The notes below the pieces were generated by a model. The model was not told the DNA's origin. It saw nothing but the letters and a program-made list of their open reading frames with translations, and did not search any database. Of a DNA stretch of 64,000 bases, positions 1-11,519 are shown piece by piece (within the stretch, counting starts at the first letter, position 1; each line of letters starts with the position of its first letter). A program made the position numbers and the translations under genes. This DNA is from Scyliorhinus canicula (Eukaryota). The DNA is taken from the NCBI RefSeq assembly GCF_902713615.1, contig NC_052158.1:51898539-51962538 (forward strand), in the 5' to 3' direction.

Positions 1-99
1 TATGGTGGTGGTGGGAAAGGGTTCATGGGAGAGGAGATTTTGTACTTTCCTATTTTGTATTTCTACCAAACTGATTCTACATTTGGTCTTCTGAGCCAA

Positions 100-350
100 G
101 ATCATTTCTCCCTACTCTGTTGCTTTACTAACAGAGCTACCCCACCAACTTTTCATTTATCCCTGTCCTTCTGAAAAGTCAAAATTCATGAACATTCATT
201 TCCCATCCTTGGTTGCCTTGCAATGACATTTTTTTTAATAGCTGACATATCATACTCAGTTATTTCTAATTATACCATCAATTCAACCATCGTGTTACAA
301 ATACCAGGGCAATCAGTTAAAGAGCCTTTCATGAAAATACTTTATTAAGG
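100..350 (-). mobile_element. Highly decayed CR1 endonuclease-region remnant
   Basis: Loose similarity (aacagagctaccccacc...ctgtccttc) to the CR1 APE segment at ~41760-41900 in this window. Confidence 0.4.
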
Positions 351-469
351 CATTTATGGTTTTAGAACATGGAACGATACAGATACAAATGTAAACATAT
401 TCCAGTACGTAACACATCTCTGCATCTCCCACTGTTCCAGCCTAATCTGGACACAAAATAGCCCAACTC

Positions 470-2440
470 CCCGCTACCCCCGCTTACTCCCTAACCTTTA
501 TTGAATCTGCTGACAGTTTAGTTTTCTCTGATGAGTCAATAAACGGCTGCCTCCTCTGAATGAACCCTAATATTGATCCTCTCTGGGCGATCTCAAGCCT
601 GAGAAACCCAGCCATATCCCCGATTTCAGCAGCTCCGAGTCCCTCCACGCTAGTAAGATCTGTCTCCGGGCTAGCAAGGAGGCAAAGGCCCAAACGTCAG
701 CCTCGCTTGCCCCATGGACTCCCGGGTCTTATGATATTCCAAAGATCGCCACCTCTGGACTCGGCGCCACCCTCGTTTTTAGCACCTTAAACATGACATC
801 CACAAATCCCTGTCAGAATGCCCTAAGCTTCGGGCATGGCCAAAACATGTGGACATGATTTGCGGGCCCTCCCACACACCTCCCACACCTGTCCTCCACC
901 CTAAAAAACCTCCTCATCCGGGCCATCGTCATGTGTGCCCAGTGAACCACCTTGAATTGTATCAGGCTGAGCCTGGCACATGATGAGAACGTGTTGACTC
1001 TACTCAGCCCATCCTTTCACAGACCCGCCTCTACCTCCCCACCCAGCTCATCTTCCATTTATGCTTCAGCTTTCCTATCTGGGTTTTATCCCATTCCACA
1101 TGTTCTTTATGTATTTCTGAAACCTTCCCCTCCCTCACCCCTGTTCCAGAAACTACCTTATCCTGTATCCCCTATGGCGGTAGAAGCGGAAAGGTCGAAA
1201 CCTGTCTTTGCACAAAATCCCTTATCTGCAGATAACGAAACCCATTCCCTCCCGGCAATTTGAACTCCTCCTCCAAATCCTCTAAACATGGAAAGCTCCC
1301 ATCAATAAACAGGTCACCCAGCCTCTCATTCCCTATTCTCTGCCAGCTCTGAAACCCCCCATCCAACCTCCCAGGACAAACCGGTGATTGCCACAAATTG
1401 GAGCCCACACCGACGCTCCCTCCATTCCCATATGCTTCCTCCACTGCCCCCAGACTCTCAGGGCCGCCTCTACCACTGGGCTTGTGGAGTACCGAGCCAG
1501 TGAAAACGGCAAAGGAGCCGTTATCAGTGTCCCAAACGTGTGCCCTTACATGATGCCACCTCTACCGGCTCCCACACCGACCCCTCCCCCACTACCCACT
1601 TCCTGATCATAGCTATATTTGACGCCCAGCAGTTGTTCCTAAAGTTCGGTAGTGCCAGACCGCCCCTCCCTGCCGCCTCAGCTCCGCTCCAGCAGTACTT
1701 TCATTACTCGCGGGGTTTTACCCGCCCACACAAACCCAGATATCACTCTATTCACCCGCTTAAAAAAGGCCTTTGGTATAAAAATAGGGAGGCACTGGAA
1801 AAGAAACAAAAATCCCATTGGAACCATCATTTTCACAGTCTGTACCCTCCCCGCCAGTGACAACAGGAGCATGTCGCACCTCCAAAAGTCCTCCTTCATT
1901 TGTTCAACTGGCCGGGTTAAATTTAATTTATGTAACTGCTTCCAACCCCGTGCCGCCTGAATACCGAAGTCACGAAAATTCCCTCCCACCACTTTAAACG
2001 GCAGCTCCACCAGCCTCTACTCGTGCCCCCTCGCCTGGATCACAAAAACCTCACTTTCACCCATATTCAATTTGTACCCCGAGAACTGGCTAAATTCCCC
2101 TAATTTCCACATAATCTCCCCCATCCCCCTAACGGGTCAGAAATATATAGGAGTAGGTCGTCTGCATATAATGGGACCCTGTGTTCCACCCGCCGGACTA
2201 ACTCCTTCCAGTCCTTTGACGCTCTCAGCGCCATCGCCAATGGCTCTATAGCCAAGGCAAACAGCAGTGGGGAGAGGGGACATCCTTGCCTCGTCTCCTG
2301 GTACAGTCGAAAGTACTCCGAGCTCACCCGATTTGTCTGCACACTTGCCACTGGTGCCTGGTACAGCAACTGAACCCAGTCAATAAAGCCCTGCCCAAAC
2401 CCAAACCACCCCAGGACCTCCCACAAATTCTTCCACTGTT
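470..2440 (-). mobile_element. L1-clade LINE, 5'-truncated ORF2 relic (RT and C-terminus)
   Basis: ORF 2100-2426 has RQGCPLSPLLFALAIEPLA and LYADDLLLYI RT motifs; downstream fragments give the L1 C-terminal region; many stops and frameshifts. Confidence 0.9.
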
Positions 2441-2445
2441 ACTGG

Positions 2446-3790
2446 TTTTGAGGGCGTGGATAGAGACGGATTCTTGTAATGGGTCGGGGTTGCGGGCACT
2501 GGCGACGGCACCGCTATCATTTGCCCCGGGGAGGTATTCAGGTAATCCTTAGTAGTAGCACGCTGAAGATATGGGGGCAATTTCAACGGCACTTCAAGTT
2601 GAGGGGTTCGATAGATTGGATTTGTTTATTGTCACATGTACCGAGGTACAGTAAAAAGTATTTTTCTGCTCAAACAGATCATTAAATACATGAAAAATAA
2701 AATCAAATAAAAAGAAAATACATAATAGGGCAACACAAGGTACACAATGTAAATACATAGACACCGGCATCGGGTGAAACATACAGGAGTGTCGTGTTAA
2801 TCGGGTCAGTCCATAAGTGGTGAATGGCGATAAGAGAGTATCACAGGTTCGAGCCAGGGAAGATAGATGCAAGGTTCGGGGATGGGAGGAGACAGGGGTA
2901 AAAAAGATGAAGCATCTGTTTCTGGAGGAGCGATTTGCAATTTTGGAGGAGCTGGGGATGAAGTACGGGCTCCAGCATGAGGAGGGCTTCAGATATATGT
3001 TGATGTGGAATTTTGCCAGAAAGATTTTCCCGAGCTTCCCGGTGGCACCATCCTCGTTATTGAAGGAGGTGCTGTCAGTAGGGAGGCTGGAAAGTGGGGT
3101 GGCCTCAGCGATCTACAGCAGGATTATGGAGGAGGAAGGATAAGGGGTCCATGGAAGGGAAATAAGGCCAAGTGAGAGGAAGAGTTGGGGGTGCAGCTGG
3201 AGGAAGGATTATGATGCAAAGTGCTACGAAGGGTTAATGCCAAGACCTTGTGTGCGAGGCTGGGGCTGATTCAGGTAAAAGTAGTGCATAAGACACACTA
3301 AACAAAGGCAAAGATGAACCAGCTGTTTGAGGGGGTGGAGGATGGTTCAAAACGGTGTGGGTGGGGCTCAGCCAATCATGTCCATATGTTCTGGTCCTGC
3401 CTGAAGTTGGAGAAATATTGGGGATGTTTTTTCAGCACCATGTCTGAGGTTCTGCGTGTGGGATTGGAGCCGGGTCCCCGGGGCCATATTCAGGCTGTCG
3501 GACCTGCCGACAGGAGTGGGAGCAGACGTTATAGCCTTTGCGTCATTGATTACTCACCGGCAGGTTCTGTTGGGGTGGTCAGCTTCTCCCCACTGTGTGT
3601 GGGGGATATAATGGAGTTCCTGTATGTGGAGAAGGTGAAATTTGCCCTGAGGGAGGCAGATGAGGGGTTCTACCAGAGATGGGCTTGTTTGTTTTACATT
3701 TTGGGGACCAGGTTTCTGTCAAGTGCGGGGCAGGAGGCGAGGGGGGGGGGGGGGGGGGGGGATGGTTTGTGCATTGTTGTAAATATGTTA
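2446..3790 (+). mobile_element. Second L1 relic (ORF2 C-terminus), back-to-back with the first and interrupted at ~2612-2816
   Basis: 2460-2590 is homologous to the reverse complement of ~1480-1600; ORF 3314-3799 has the Cys/His-rich HVHMFWSCLKLEKYW motif; G-rich 3'UTR. Confidence 0.8.
2612..2816 (-). mobile_element. Short LINE 3' end (L2/Rex1-like tail) inserted in the L1
   Basis: Minus strand ends ...ggtacatgtgacaataaacaaatccaatc, a typical non-LTR 3' terminus; L1 sequence resumes on both sides. Confidence 0.45.
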
Positions 3791-4128
3791 AAATGTTGAA
3801 AATTTGAATTTAAATATATATATTTTTAAAGTCTCTGTAATTTCCTTCTTTCCCATTATTAATCTCCCAGTCTCACTTTCTTAAGAAAAATTTAGTCCCC
3901 AGTCCAAAGATGTGCTGGTTAGGTGGATTGGCCATGCTAAATTGCCCTTAGTGTCCACAGAACATAGAACATTACAGTGCAGTACAGGCCCTTCGGCCCT
4001 CAATGTTGCGCCGACCTGTGAAACCCCTCTAAAGTCCCTCTACGCTATTCCCTTATCGTCCATATGCCTATCCAATGACCATTTGAATGCGTTTAGTGTT
4101 GGCGAGTCCACTACTGTTGCAGGCAGGG

Positions 4129-4522
4129 CAGGGGTGGGCAAACTACGGCCCGCGGGCCGCATGCGGCCCGCCAAAGGTATTTCTGCGGCCCACCAAGTCA
4201 TTACAAAAAAAAACAAAAAAAAAATTTTTTTTTTAATTTTTTTTTTTTTTTTTAATTTTTTTTTAAAGGTTAATGGGTGGGGGGGCTGTTGGGTTACTTA
4301 CTGGTATAGGGTGGATACGTAGACTTGAGTAGGGTGATCATTGTTTGGCACAACATCGAGGGCCGAAGGGCCTGTTCTGTGCTGTACTGTTCTATGTTCT
4401 ATATGAGGCGCCCAGAATCATAACCGGGTGAAGTAATTATTTTACTTAATATACTATGCGGCCCTTTGTGAATTGTGAATTTCTGAATGCGGCCCTTGCA
4501 CGGAAAAGTTTGCCCACCCCTG
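4129..4522. mobile_element. hAT-superfamily MITE (Charlie/MER-like), containing an HE1 SINE 3' fragment (~4268-4403)
   Basis: TIRs CAGGGGTGGGCAAACT / AGTTTGCCCACCCCTG; perfect 8-bp TSD AGGCAGGG at 4121-4128 and 4523-4530; the uninterrupted CR1 site is visible at ~9035. Confidence 0.93.
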
Positions 4523-5304
4523 AGGCAGGGCATTCCACGCCCTTACTACTCTCTGAGCAAAGAACCTACCTCTGACATCTGTCCTATATCTATCTCCCCT
4601 CAATTTAAAGCTATGTCCCCTCGTGCTGGACATCACCATCCGAGGAAAAAGGCTCTCAATGTCCACCCTATCTAATCCTCTGATCATCTTGTATGCCTCA
4701 ATTAAGTCCCCTCTTAACCTTCTTCTCTCTAACGAAAACAACCTCAAGTCCTTCAGCCGTCCCTCATATGATCTTCCCTCCTTACCAGGCAACATTCTTG
4801 TAAATATCCTCTGTACCCTTTCCAATGCTTCCACATCCTTCCTATAATGTGGCGATCAGAACTGCACGCAATACTCCAAATGTGGCCGCACCAGAGTTTT
4901 GTACAGCTGCAACATGACCTCATGGCTCCGAAACTCAATTCCTCTACCAATAAAAGCTAACACACCGTACGCCTTCTTAACAACCCTCTCAACCTGGGTG
5001 GCAACTTTCAGGGATCTATGGACATGGACACCGAGATTTCTCTGCTCGTCCACACTACCAAAAATCTTACCATTAGCCCAGTACTCTGCCTTCCTGTTAT
5101 TCCTTCCAAAATGAATCACCTCACACTTTTTTGCATTAAACTCCATTTGCCACCTGTCAGCCCAGCGCTGCAGCTTATCTATGTCCCTCTGTAACTTGTA
5201 ACATCCTTCTGCACTGTCCACAACTCCACCGACTTTAGTGTCATAGAACATAGAACATAGAAAATTTACTCACCCATCCTTCTACGCCCTCCTCCAGGTC
5301 ATTT

Positions 5305-5641
5305 ACAACATAGAACATAAAACAGTACAGCACAGAACAGGCCCTTCGGCCCTCGATGTTGCGCCGAACAATGATCACCCTACTCAAACCCACGCAACCC
5401 GTATACCCATAACCCAACAATCCCCCCACTAACCTTACACTACGGGCAATTTAGCATGGCCAATCCACCTAACCCGCACATCTTTGGACTGTGGGAGGAA
5501 ACCGGAGCACCCGGAGGAAACCCACGCACACACGGGGAGGACGTGCAGACTCCACACAGACAGTGACCCAGCCGGGAAACGAACCTGGGACCCTGGAGCT
5601 GTGAAGCATTGATGCTAACCACCATGCTACCGTGAGGCCCC
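5305..5641 (-). mobile_element. HE1-type V-SINE, full length
   Basis: tRNA-derived head, V-domain core (GTGTGGAGTCTGCACGTCCTCCCCGTG...GGTTTCCTCCCACAG) and CR1-derived tail. Confidence 0.92.
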
Positions 5642-7490
5642 AAAACAGATCCTTGTGGCACACCACTAGTAATTGGACACCAGTCAGAGCATTTCCCATC
5701 AACCACCACTCTTTGTCTTCTATCAGCTAGCCAATTTCTGATCCAAACTGCTAAATCACCCTGAATCCCATGCCTCTGTATTTTCTGCAATAGCCTACCG
5801 TGGGGAAACTTATCAAACGCTTTACTGAAATCCATATACACCACATCAACTGCTTTACCCTCATCCACCTGTTTGGTCACCTTCTCGAAGAACTCAATGA
5901 GATTTGTGAGGCACGACCCACCCTTCACAAAACCATGTTGACTATCTCTAATCAACTTATTCCTTTCCAGATGATTATCCATCCTATCTCTTATAAACCT
6001 TTCCAAGACTTTTCCCACAACAGAAGTAAGGCTCACTGGTCTATAGTTACCGGGGTTATATCCACTCCCCTACTTGTACAATGGGACAACATTTGCTATC
6101 CTGCAGTCCTCTGGCACTATTCCTGTAGACAAAGATGACTTAAAGATCAAAGCCAAAGGTTCAGCAATCTCATCCCTAGCTTCCCAGAGAATCCTAGGAT
6201 AAATCCCATCCGGCCCAGGGGACTTATCTATTTTCACACCTTCCAGAATCGCTAACACCTCCTCCTTATGAACCTCAAGCCCTTCTAGTCTAGTAGCCTG
6301 TATCTCAGTATTCTCCTCGACAACTTTGTCTTTTTCCTGTGTGAATACTGACGAAAAATACTCATTTAGCACCTCTCCTATCTCTTCGGACTCTACGCAC
6401 AACTTCCCACTACTGTCCTTGACTGGCCCTACTCTGACCTTAGTCATTCTTTTATTCCTGATATACCTATAGAAAGCTTTAGGGTTATTCTTGATCCTAC
6501 CTGCCAAAGACTTCTCATGTCCTCAATTGGCTCTTCTTAGCTCTCTCTTTAGAGCCTTCCTAGCTAAAGTGTAACTCTCAAGCGACCCAACTGAACCATC
6601 ACGTCTCATCTTCACATAAGCCTCCTTCTTCCTCTTGACAAGTGTTTCAACTGCTTTAGTAACCTGTGGTTCCCTCACGACTTGGGGCTGCTCCCCCTCC
6701 CCCTTAAGGATCCCGAAAACACGATCTGAGACATCGCGGACCCTGGCACCTGGGAGGCAAAACACCAACCGCGAGTCTCTCTCGTTCCCACAGAATCTCC
6801 TATCTATCCCCCTAACTATGGAGTCTCCAATGACTAATGTTCTACTCCTCTCCCCCTTCCCTTCTGAGCAACAGGGACAGACTCTGTGCCAGAGACCTGT
6901 ACCCCATGGCTGACCCCTGGTAAGTCCCCCCCCCAACAGTATCCAAAGCGGTATACCTGTTACTAAGGGGAACGATCCCTGTACTGACTGCTTACCCCCA
7001 GCCCCTCTCACCGTCACCCATCTATCTTTATTCTTTGGCGTAACTACCTCCCTGAAGCTTCTATCTATGACCCCCTCTGCCTCCCGAATGATCCGAAGTT
7101 CATCCAGCTCCAGTTCCCTAACACGGTTTTTGAGGAGCTGGAGTTGGGTGCACATCCCACAGATGAAATCAGCAGGGACACTGACGGCATCCCTCACCTC
7201 AAACATTCTGCAGGAGGAGCATTGTAGTGCCTTCCCTGACATCACCTCTAGATTAAAAAAAACAAGAAAAAGAAAGGAAGAGCTTACCTGATATTCCCTC
7301 AAACCCTGCTCCCGCTGAAAGGTAAGCAAATTTAAAGGCACTCACTCACCTTCACGACAGGCCCCTGCTCCCGCTTCCCAACGACCGTGGCTTTTTTTTT
7401 TGGTTAGAGGAGGAGGTGGGGGGGAGAAACACTGAGGAAGTGTTTCGGGTTTAACTGTCACTTGACAACAGCCCCTCCACAAACCACGTT

Positions 7491-8070
7491 CAAATTAGGC
7501 TGACCGCACTGCACGTATGCAAATTTACCCAGAACAGCCAATCAGTAGCTCTGCTCTGCTGTCCTCTGCTGGATGCTTGCCTTCACTCGAACTCCTCGGG
7601 TCTCTTTCGCAGGTACACCTTAAAATTAGGCTCACCGCACTGCACGTATGCATTAGCTCTGCTCTGCTGCCCTCTGCTGGATGCTTGCCTTCACTCAAAC
7701 TCCTCGGGTCTCTTTCGCAGGTATACCTTCAAACTAGGCTGACCGCACTGCACGTATGCAAATTTCCCCGGAACAGCCAATCAGTAGATCTGCTCTGCTG
7801 CCCTCTGCTGGATGCTTGCCTTCACTCGAACTCCTCAGGTCTCTTTCGCAGGTACACCTTCAAATAAGGCTGACCACACTGCACATATGCAAATTTCCCC
7901 AGAACAGCCAATCAGTAGCTCTGCTCTGCTGCCCTCTGCTGGATGCTTGCCTTCACTAGAACTCCTCGGGTCTCTTTTGCAGGTACACCTTCAAATTAGG
8001 CTGACCGCACTGCACGTATGCAAATTTCCCCGGAACATCCAATCAGTAGCTCTGCTCTGCTGCCCTCAGC
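7491..8070. repeat. ~130-bp tandem repeat, ~4.6 copies, carrying octamer and CCAAT motifs
   Basis: Units start at ~7491, 7620, 7731, 7861 and 7992; ATGCAAAT at 7517, 7756, 7887 and 8018; (A/T)CCAATCAG/GCCAATCAG ~20 bp later; copy 2 has lost both motifs. Confidence 0.9.
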
Positions 8071-8866
8071 CTTCCCTCATATGATCTTCCCTCCATACCA
8101 GGCAACATTCTGGTAAATCTCCTCTGCACCCTTTCCAAAGCTTCCACACCCTTCCTATAATGTGGCGACCAGAATTGAACGCCTAACCCCAAATGCGGCC
8201 GCACCAGAGCTTTGTACAGCTGCAACATGACCTCATGGTTCCGAAAGTCAATCCCTCTACCAATAAAAGCTAACACACCGTACGCCTTCTTAACAACCCT
8301 CTCAACCTGGGTGGCAACTTTCAGGGACCTATGGACATGGACACCGAGATCTCTCTGCTCATCCACACTACCAAGAATCTTACCATTAGCCCAGTACTCT
8401 GTCTTCCTGTTATTCCAAAATGAATCACCTCACACTTTTCACTGGAAGTGTGTCCAGCTGCAGCTCCTGTTAGACCACATTACGGCTCTGGAACTGCGGA
8501 TGGACTCACTTTGGAGCATCCATGATGCTGAGGAGGTCGTGGATAGCACATTCAGTGAGTTGGTCACACCGCAGATTAGGATTGGTGAGGGAGACAGGAA
8601 ATGGGTGATCAAAAGGCAGAGAAAGAGCAGGTAGGCAGTGCAGGTGTCTGCTGCAGTCATCTCCCTCCAAAACAGGTATATCGTTATGGATGCTGTTGGA
8701 GGAGATGACTCACCAGGGGAAGGCAGTAGTAGCCAGGCTCATGGCACCGTGGCTGGCTCTGCTGCACAGAAGGGCGGGGAAAAGGATGGCAGGGCTATAG
8801 TCATAGGGGATTCAATCGTAAGGGGAGTAGACAGGCGTTTCTGTGGTCGAAAACGAGACTCCCGAA
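8070..8866. mobile_element. CR1 RT fragment (minus, 8070-8440) joined to a CR1 ORF1 fragment (plus, 8440-8866)
   Basis: ORF 8043-8366 has the RT C-terminus; ORF 8638-8883 has GRAIVIGDSIVRGVDRRFCG (SGNH esterase). Confidence 0.82.
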
Positions 8867-10175
8867 TAGAACATAGAACATAGAATGATACAGCGCAGTA
8901 CAGGCCCTTCGGCCCTCGATGTTGCACTGACATGGAAAAAAACTAAAGGCCATCTAACCTACACTATGCCCTTATCATCCATATGCTTATCCAATAAACT
9001 TTTAAATGCCCTCAATGTTGGCGAGTTCACTACTGTTGCAGGTAGGGCATTCCACGGTCTCACCACTCTTTGCGTAAAAAACCCACCTCTGACCTCTGTC
9101 CTATATCTATTACCCCTCAATTTAAGGCTATATCCCCTCGTGCTAGCCACCTCCATCCGCGGGAGAAGGCTCTCGCTGTCCACCCTATCTAACCCTCTGA
9201 TCATTTTGTATGCCTCTATTAAGTCACCTCTTAACCTTCTTCTCTCTAACGAAAACAACCTCAAGTCCATAAGCCTTTCCTCATAAGATTTTCCCTCCAT
9301 ACCAGGCAACATCCTGGTAAATCTCCTCTGCACCCGTTCCAAAGCTTCCACGTCCTTCCTATAATGAGGCGACCAGAACTGTACGCAATACTCCAAATGC
9401 AGCCGTACTAGAGTTTTGTACAACTGCAACATGACCTCATGGCTCCGGAACTCAATCCCTCTACCAATAAAGGCCAACATACCATAGGCCTTCTTCACAA
9501 CCCTATCAACCTGGGTGGCAACTTTCAGGGATCTATGTACATGGACACCGAGATCCCTCTGCTCATCCACACTACCAAGAATTTTACCATTAGCCAAATA
9601 TTCCGCATTCCTGTTATTCTTTCCAAAGTGAATCACCTCACACTTCTCCACATTAAACTCCATTTGCCACGTCTCATCCCAGCTCTGCAGCTTATCTATG
9701 TCCCTCTGTAACTTGTAACATCCTTCGGCACTGTCCACAACTCCACCGACTTTAGTGTCATCTGCAAATGTACTCACCCATCCTTCTACGCCCTCCTCCA
9801 GGTCATTTATAAAAATGACAAACAGCAGTGGCCCCAAAACAGATCCTTGTGGTACACCACTAGTAACTGCACTCCAGTCTGAACATTTCCCATCAACCAC
9901 CACCCTTTGTCTTCTTCCAACTAGCCAATTTCTGATCCAAATTGCTAAATCACCCTGAATCCCATGCCTCCGTATTTTCTGCAATAGTCTACTGTGGGGA
10001 ACCTTATCAAACACTTTACTGAAATCCATATACACCACATCAACTGCTTTACCCTCATCCACCTGTTTGGTCACCTTCTCAAAGAACTCAATAAGGTTTG
10101 TGAGGCATGACTTACCCTTCACAAAACCGTGTTGACTATCTCTAATCAAATTATTCCTTTCCAGATGATTATACT
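8867..10175 (-). mobile_element. 5'-truncated CR1/HER1 with an open 396-aa RT ORF (8959-10149)
   Basis: GVPQGSVLGPLLFVIFIND and FADDTK motifs; intact 3'UTR and (CTATGTT)n tail. Confidence 0.95.
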
Positions 10176-10179
10176 TGAA

Positions 10180-10341
10180 AATGAAAATGAAAATCGCTTA
10201 TTGTCACGAGTAGGCTTCAATGAAGTTACTGTGAAAAGCCCCTAGTCGCCACATTCCGGCGCCTGTCCGGGGAGGCTGGTACAGGAATCGAACCGTGCTG
10301 CTGGCCTGCTTGGTCTGCTTTATAAGCCAGCGATTTAGCCT
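10180..10341 (-). mobile_element. Short tRNA-derived SINE (second family)
   Basis: Minus strand: GGGGCTGGTTTAGCTCAC (A box)...GGTTCGATTCC (B box)...GTGACAATAAGCGA(TTTTCA)n; relatives at 49620-49782 and 59105-59256. Confidence 0.78.
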
Positions 10342-11012
10342 TGTGAGCTAAACCAGCCCCTTCCTATCCAATACAGTTAAGTGTGGTTACTAGGGTTACG
10401 GGGATAGGGTGGAGGTGTGGGGCTTAAGTGGGGTGCTCTTTCCAAGGGCCGGTGCAGATTGATGGGCCGAATGGCCCCCTTCTGCACTATAAATTCTATG
10501 TTCTATGTTAAATGCATACTTTAGCTATTCTTGCCTTTTTATACACTTTTGGAAATTCTTACTCTGTTTTTCTTATATTTCTTACTAATTTCCTCATACT
10601 CTAATTTCTCTCTCAGCATTAATTTTCAGTCATCTCTTTCTTGTTTATAAAAGTTCACCAATTTTCTTACCTACCAATTCATGGCATTGTCTGTCTTTTA
10701 TTTCAACCTTCATTCCCTTAGTTGGCAGCAAATGATGAATCCTTCTCATGGAGTTTGCCTTCCATAGTGGAATATATCTTTGTCGAGAATTATGAGGTAT
10801 CCCCTTGAATATCTCTTTGCTTCTCTACCTTTGTACCTATTTTCCCATTCCACATTAGCAAATTTTATCTTCATACCCTTGTAATGCCATTATTAAGTTT
10901 GACACTAGTTTCAGAACTTCATTTATCATCTTCAAATTTAATGTGAAATTCCATCATATTCTGATCACACTTGCCTAAAGAATCCTTTACTGTGATGTCA
11001 CTTATTAAACCT

Positions 11013-11191
11013 GGCCGGAATTCTCCAGTCGTTGGGATTCACTTTTCCCAATGGCTACACACCCGTTAACAGGTTTCCTGGCAGCATGGGGTGGTTTCAA
11101 TGGGTAATCGAATTGACAAGTGGTGTGAGGATAGAATCCGTCACCAGCGATGGATGCGCGGCTGAGAAAAACGAGGCTGGAGAATTCCGCC
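11013..11191. mobile_element. Small MITE, probably PIF/Harbinger-derived
   Basis: TIRs GGCCGGAATTCTCCAG / CTGGAGAATTCCGCC; flanked by direct ACCT. Confidence 0.65.
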
Positions 11192-11291
11192 ACCTGTCTC
11201 AAAACATATCACCAATTCTAAAATAGTCTTCCCCTTGAATAGTCACAGAATGTGTTTTAAGCAACTGACCAAAATATACTCTGTGAAAAAG

Positions 11292-11484
11292 GCAGCATGG
11301 TAGCACAGTGGTTAGCACAGTTGCTTCGCAGCTCCAGCGTCCCAGGTTCGATTCCCGGCTTGGGTCACTGTCTGTGCGGAGTCTGCACGTCCTCCCCGTG
11401 TGTGCGTGAGTTTCCTCCGGGTGCTCCGGTCTCCTCCCACAGTCCAAAGATGTGCAGGTTAGGTAGATTGGCCATGCTAAATTG
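11292..11484 (+). mobile_element. HE1 SINE, 3'-truncated
   Basis: Head and V-domain present; breaks into CR1 and then Gypsy sequence. Confidence 0.88.
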
Positions 11485-11519
11485 CGGTGACCAGAATTGC
11501 ACGCAATACTCCGAATACT

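Larger units (their letters stand above)
3957..7400 (-). mobile_element. CR1/HER1 LINE with internal deletion and nested insertions
   Basis: RT fragments in ORFs 4454-4834, 4856-5251, 5440-6036 and 6070-6507; ORF1 zinc finger and SGNH esterase (CSSC...CGMC; GDSIVR) in 6523-7341; 3' tail (TATGTTC)n at ~3960. Confidence 0.92.

Noticed and set aside
1-45. GGTGGTGGTG at the window start as possible PSMB8 exon 2 (TTT of HGTTTL)
   Set aside because: The minus strand reads FPTTTI, lacking HG and LAF; no supporting context.
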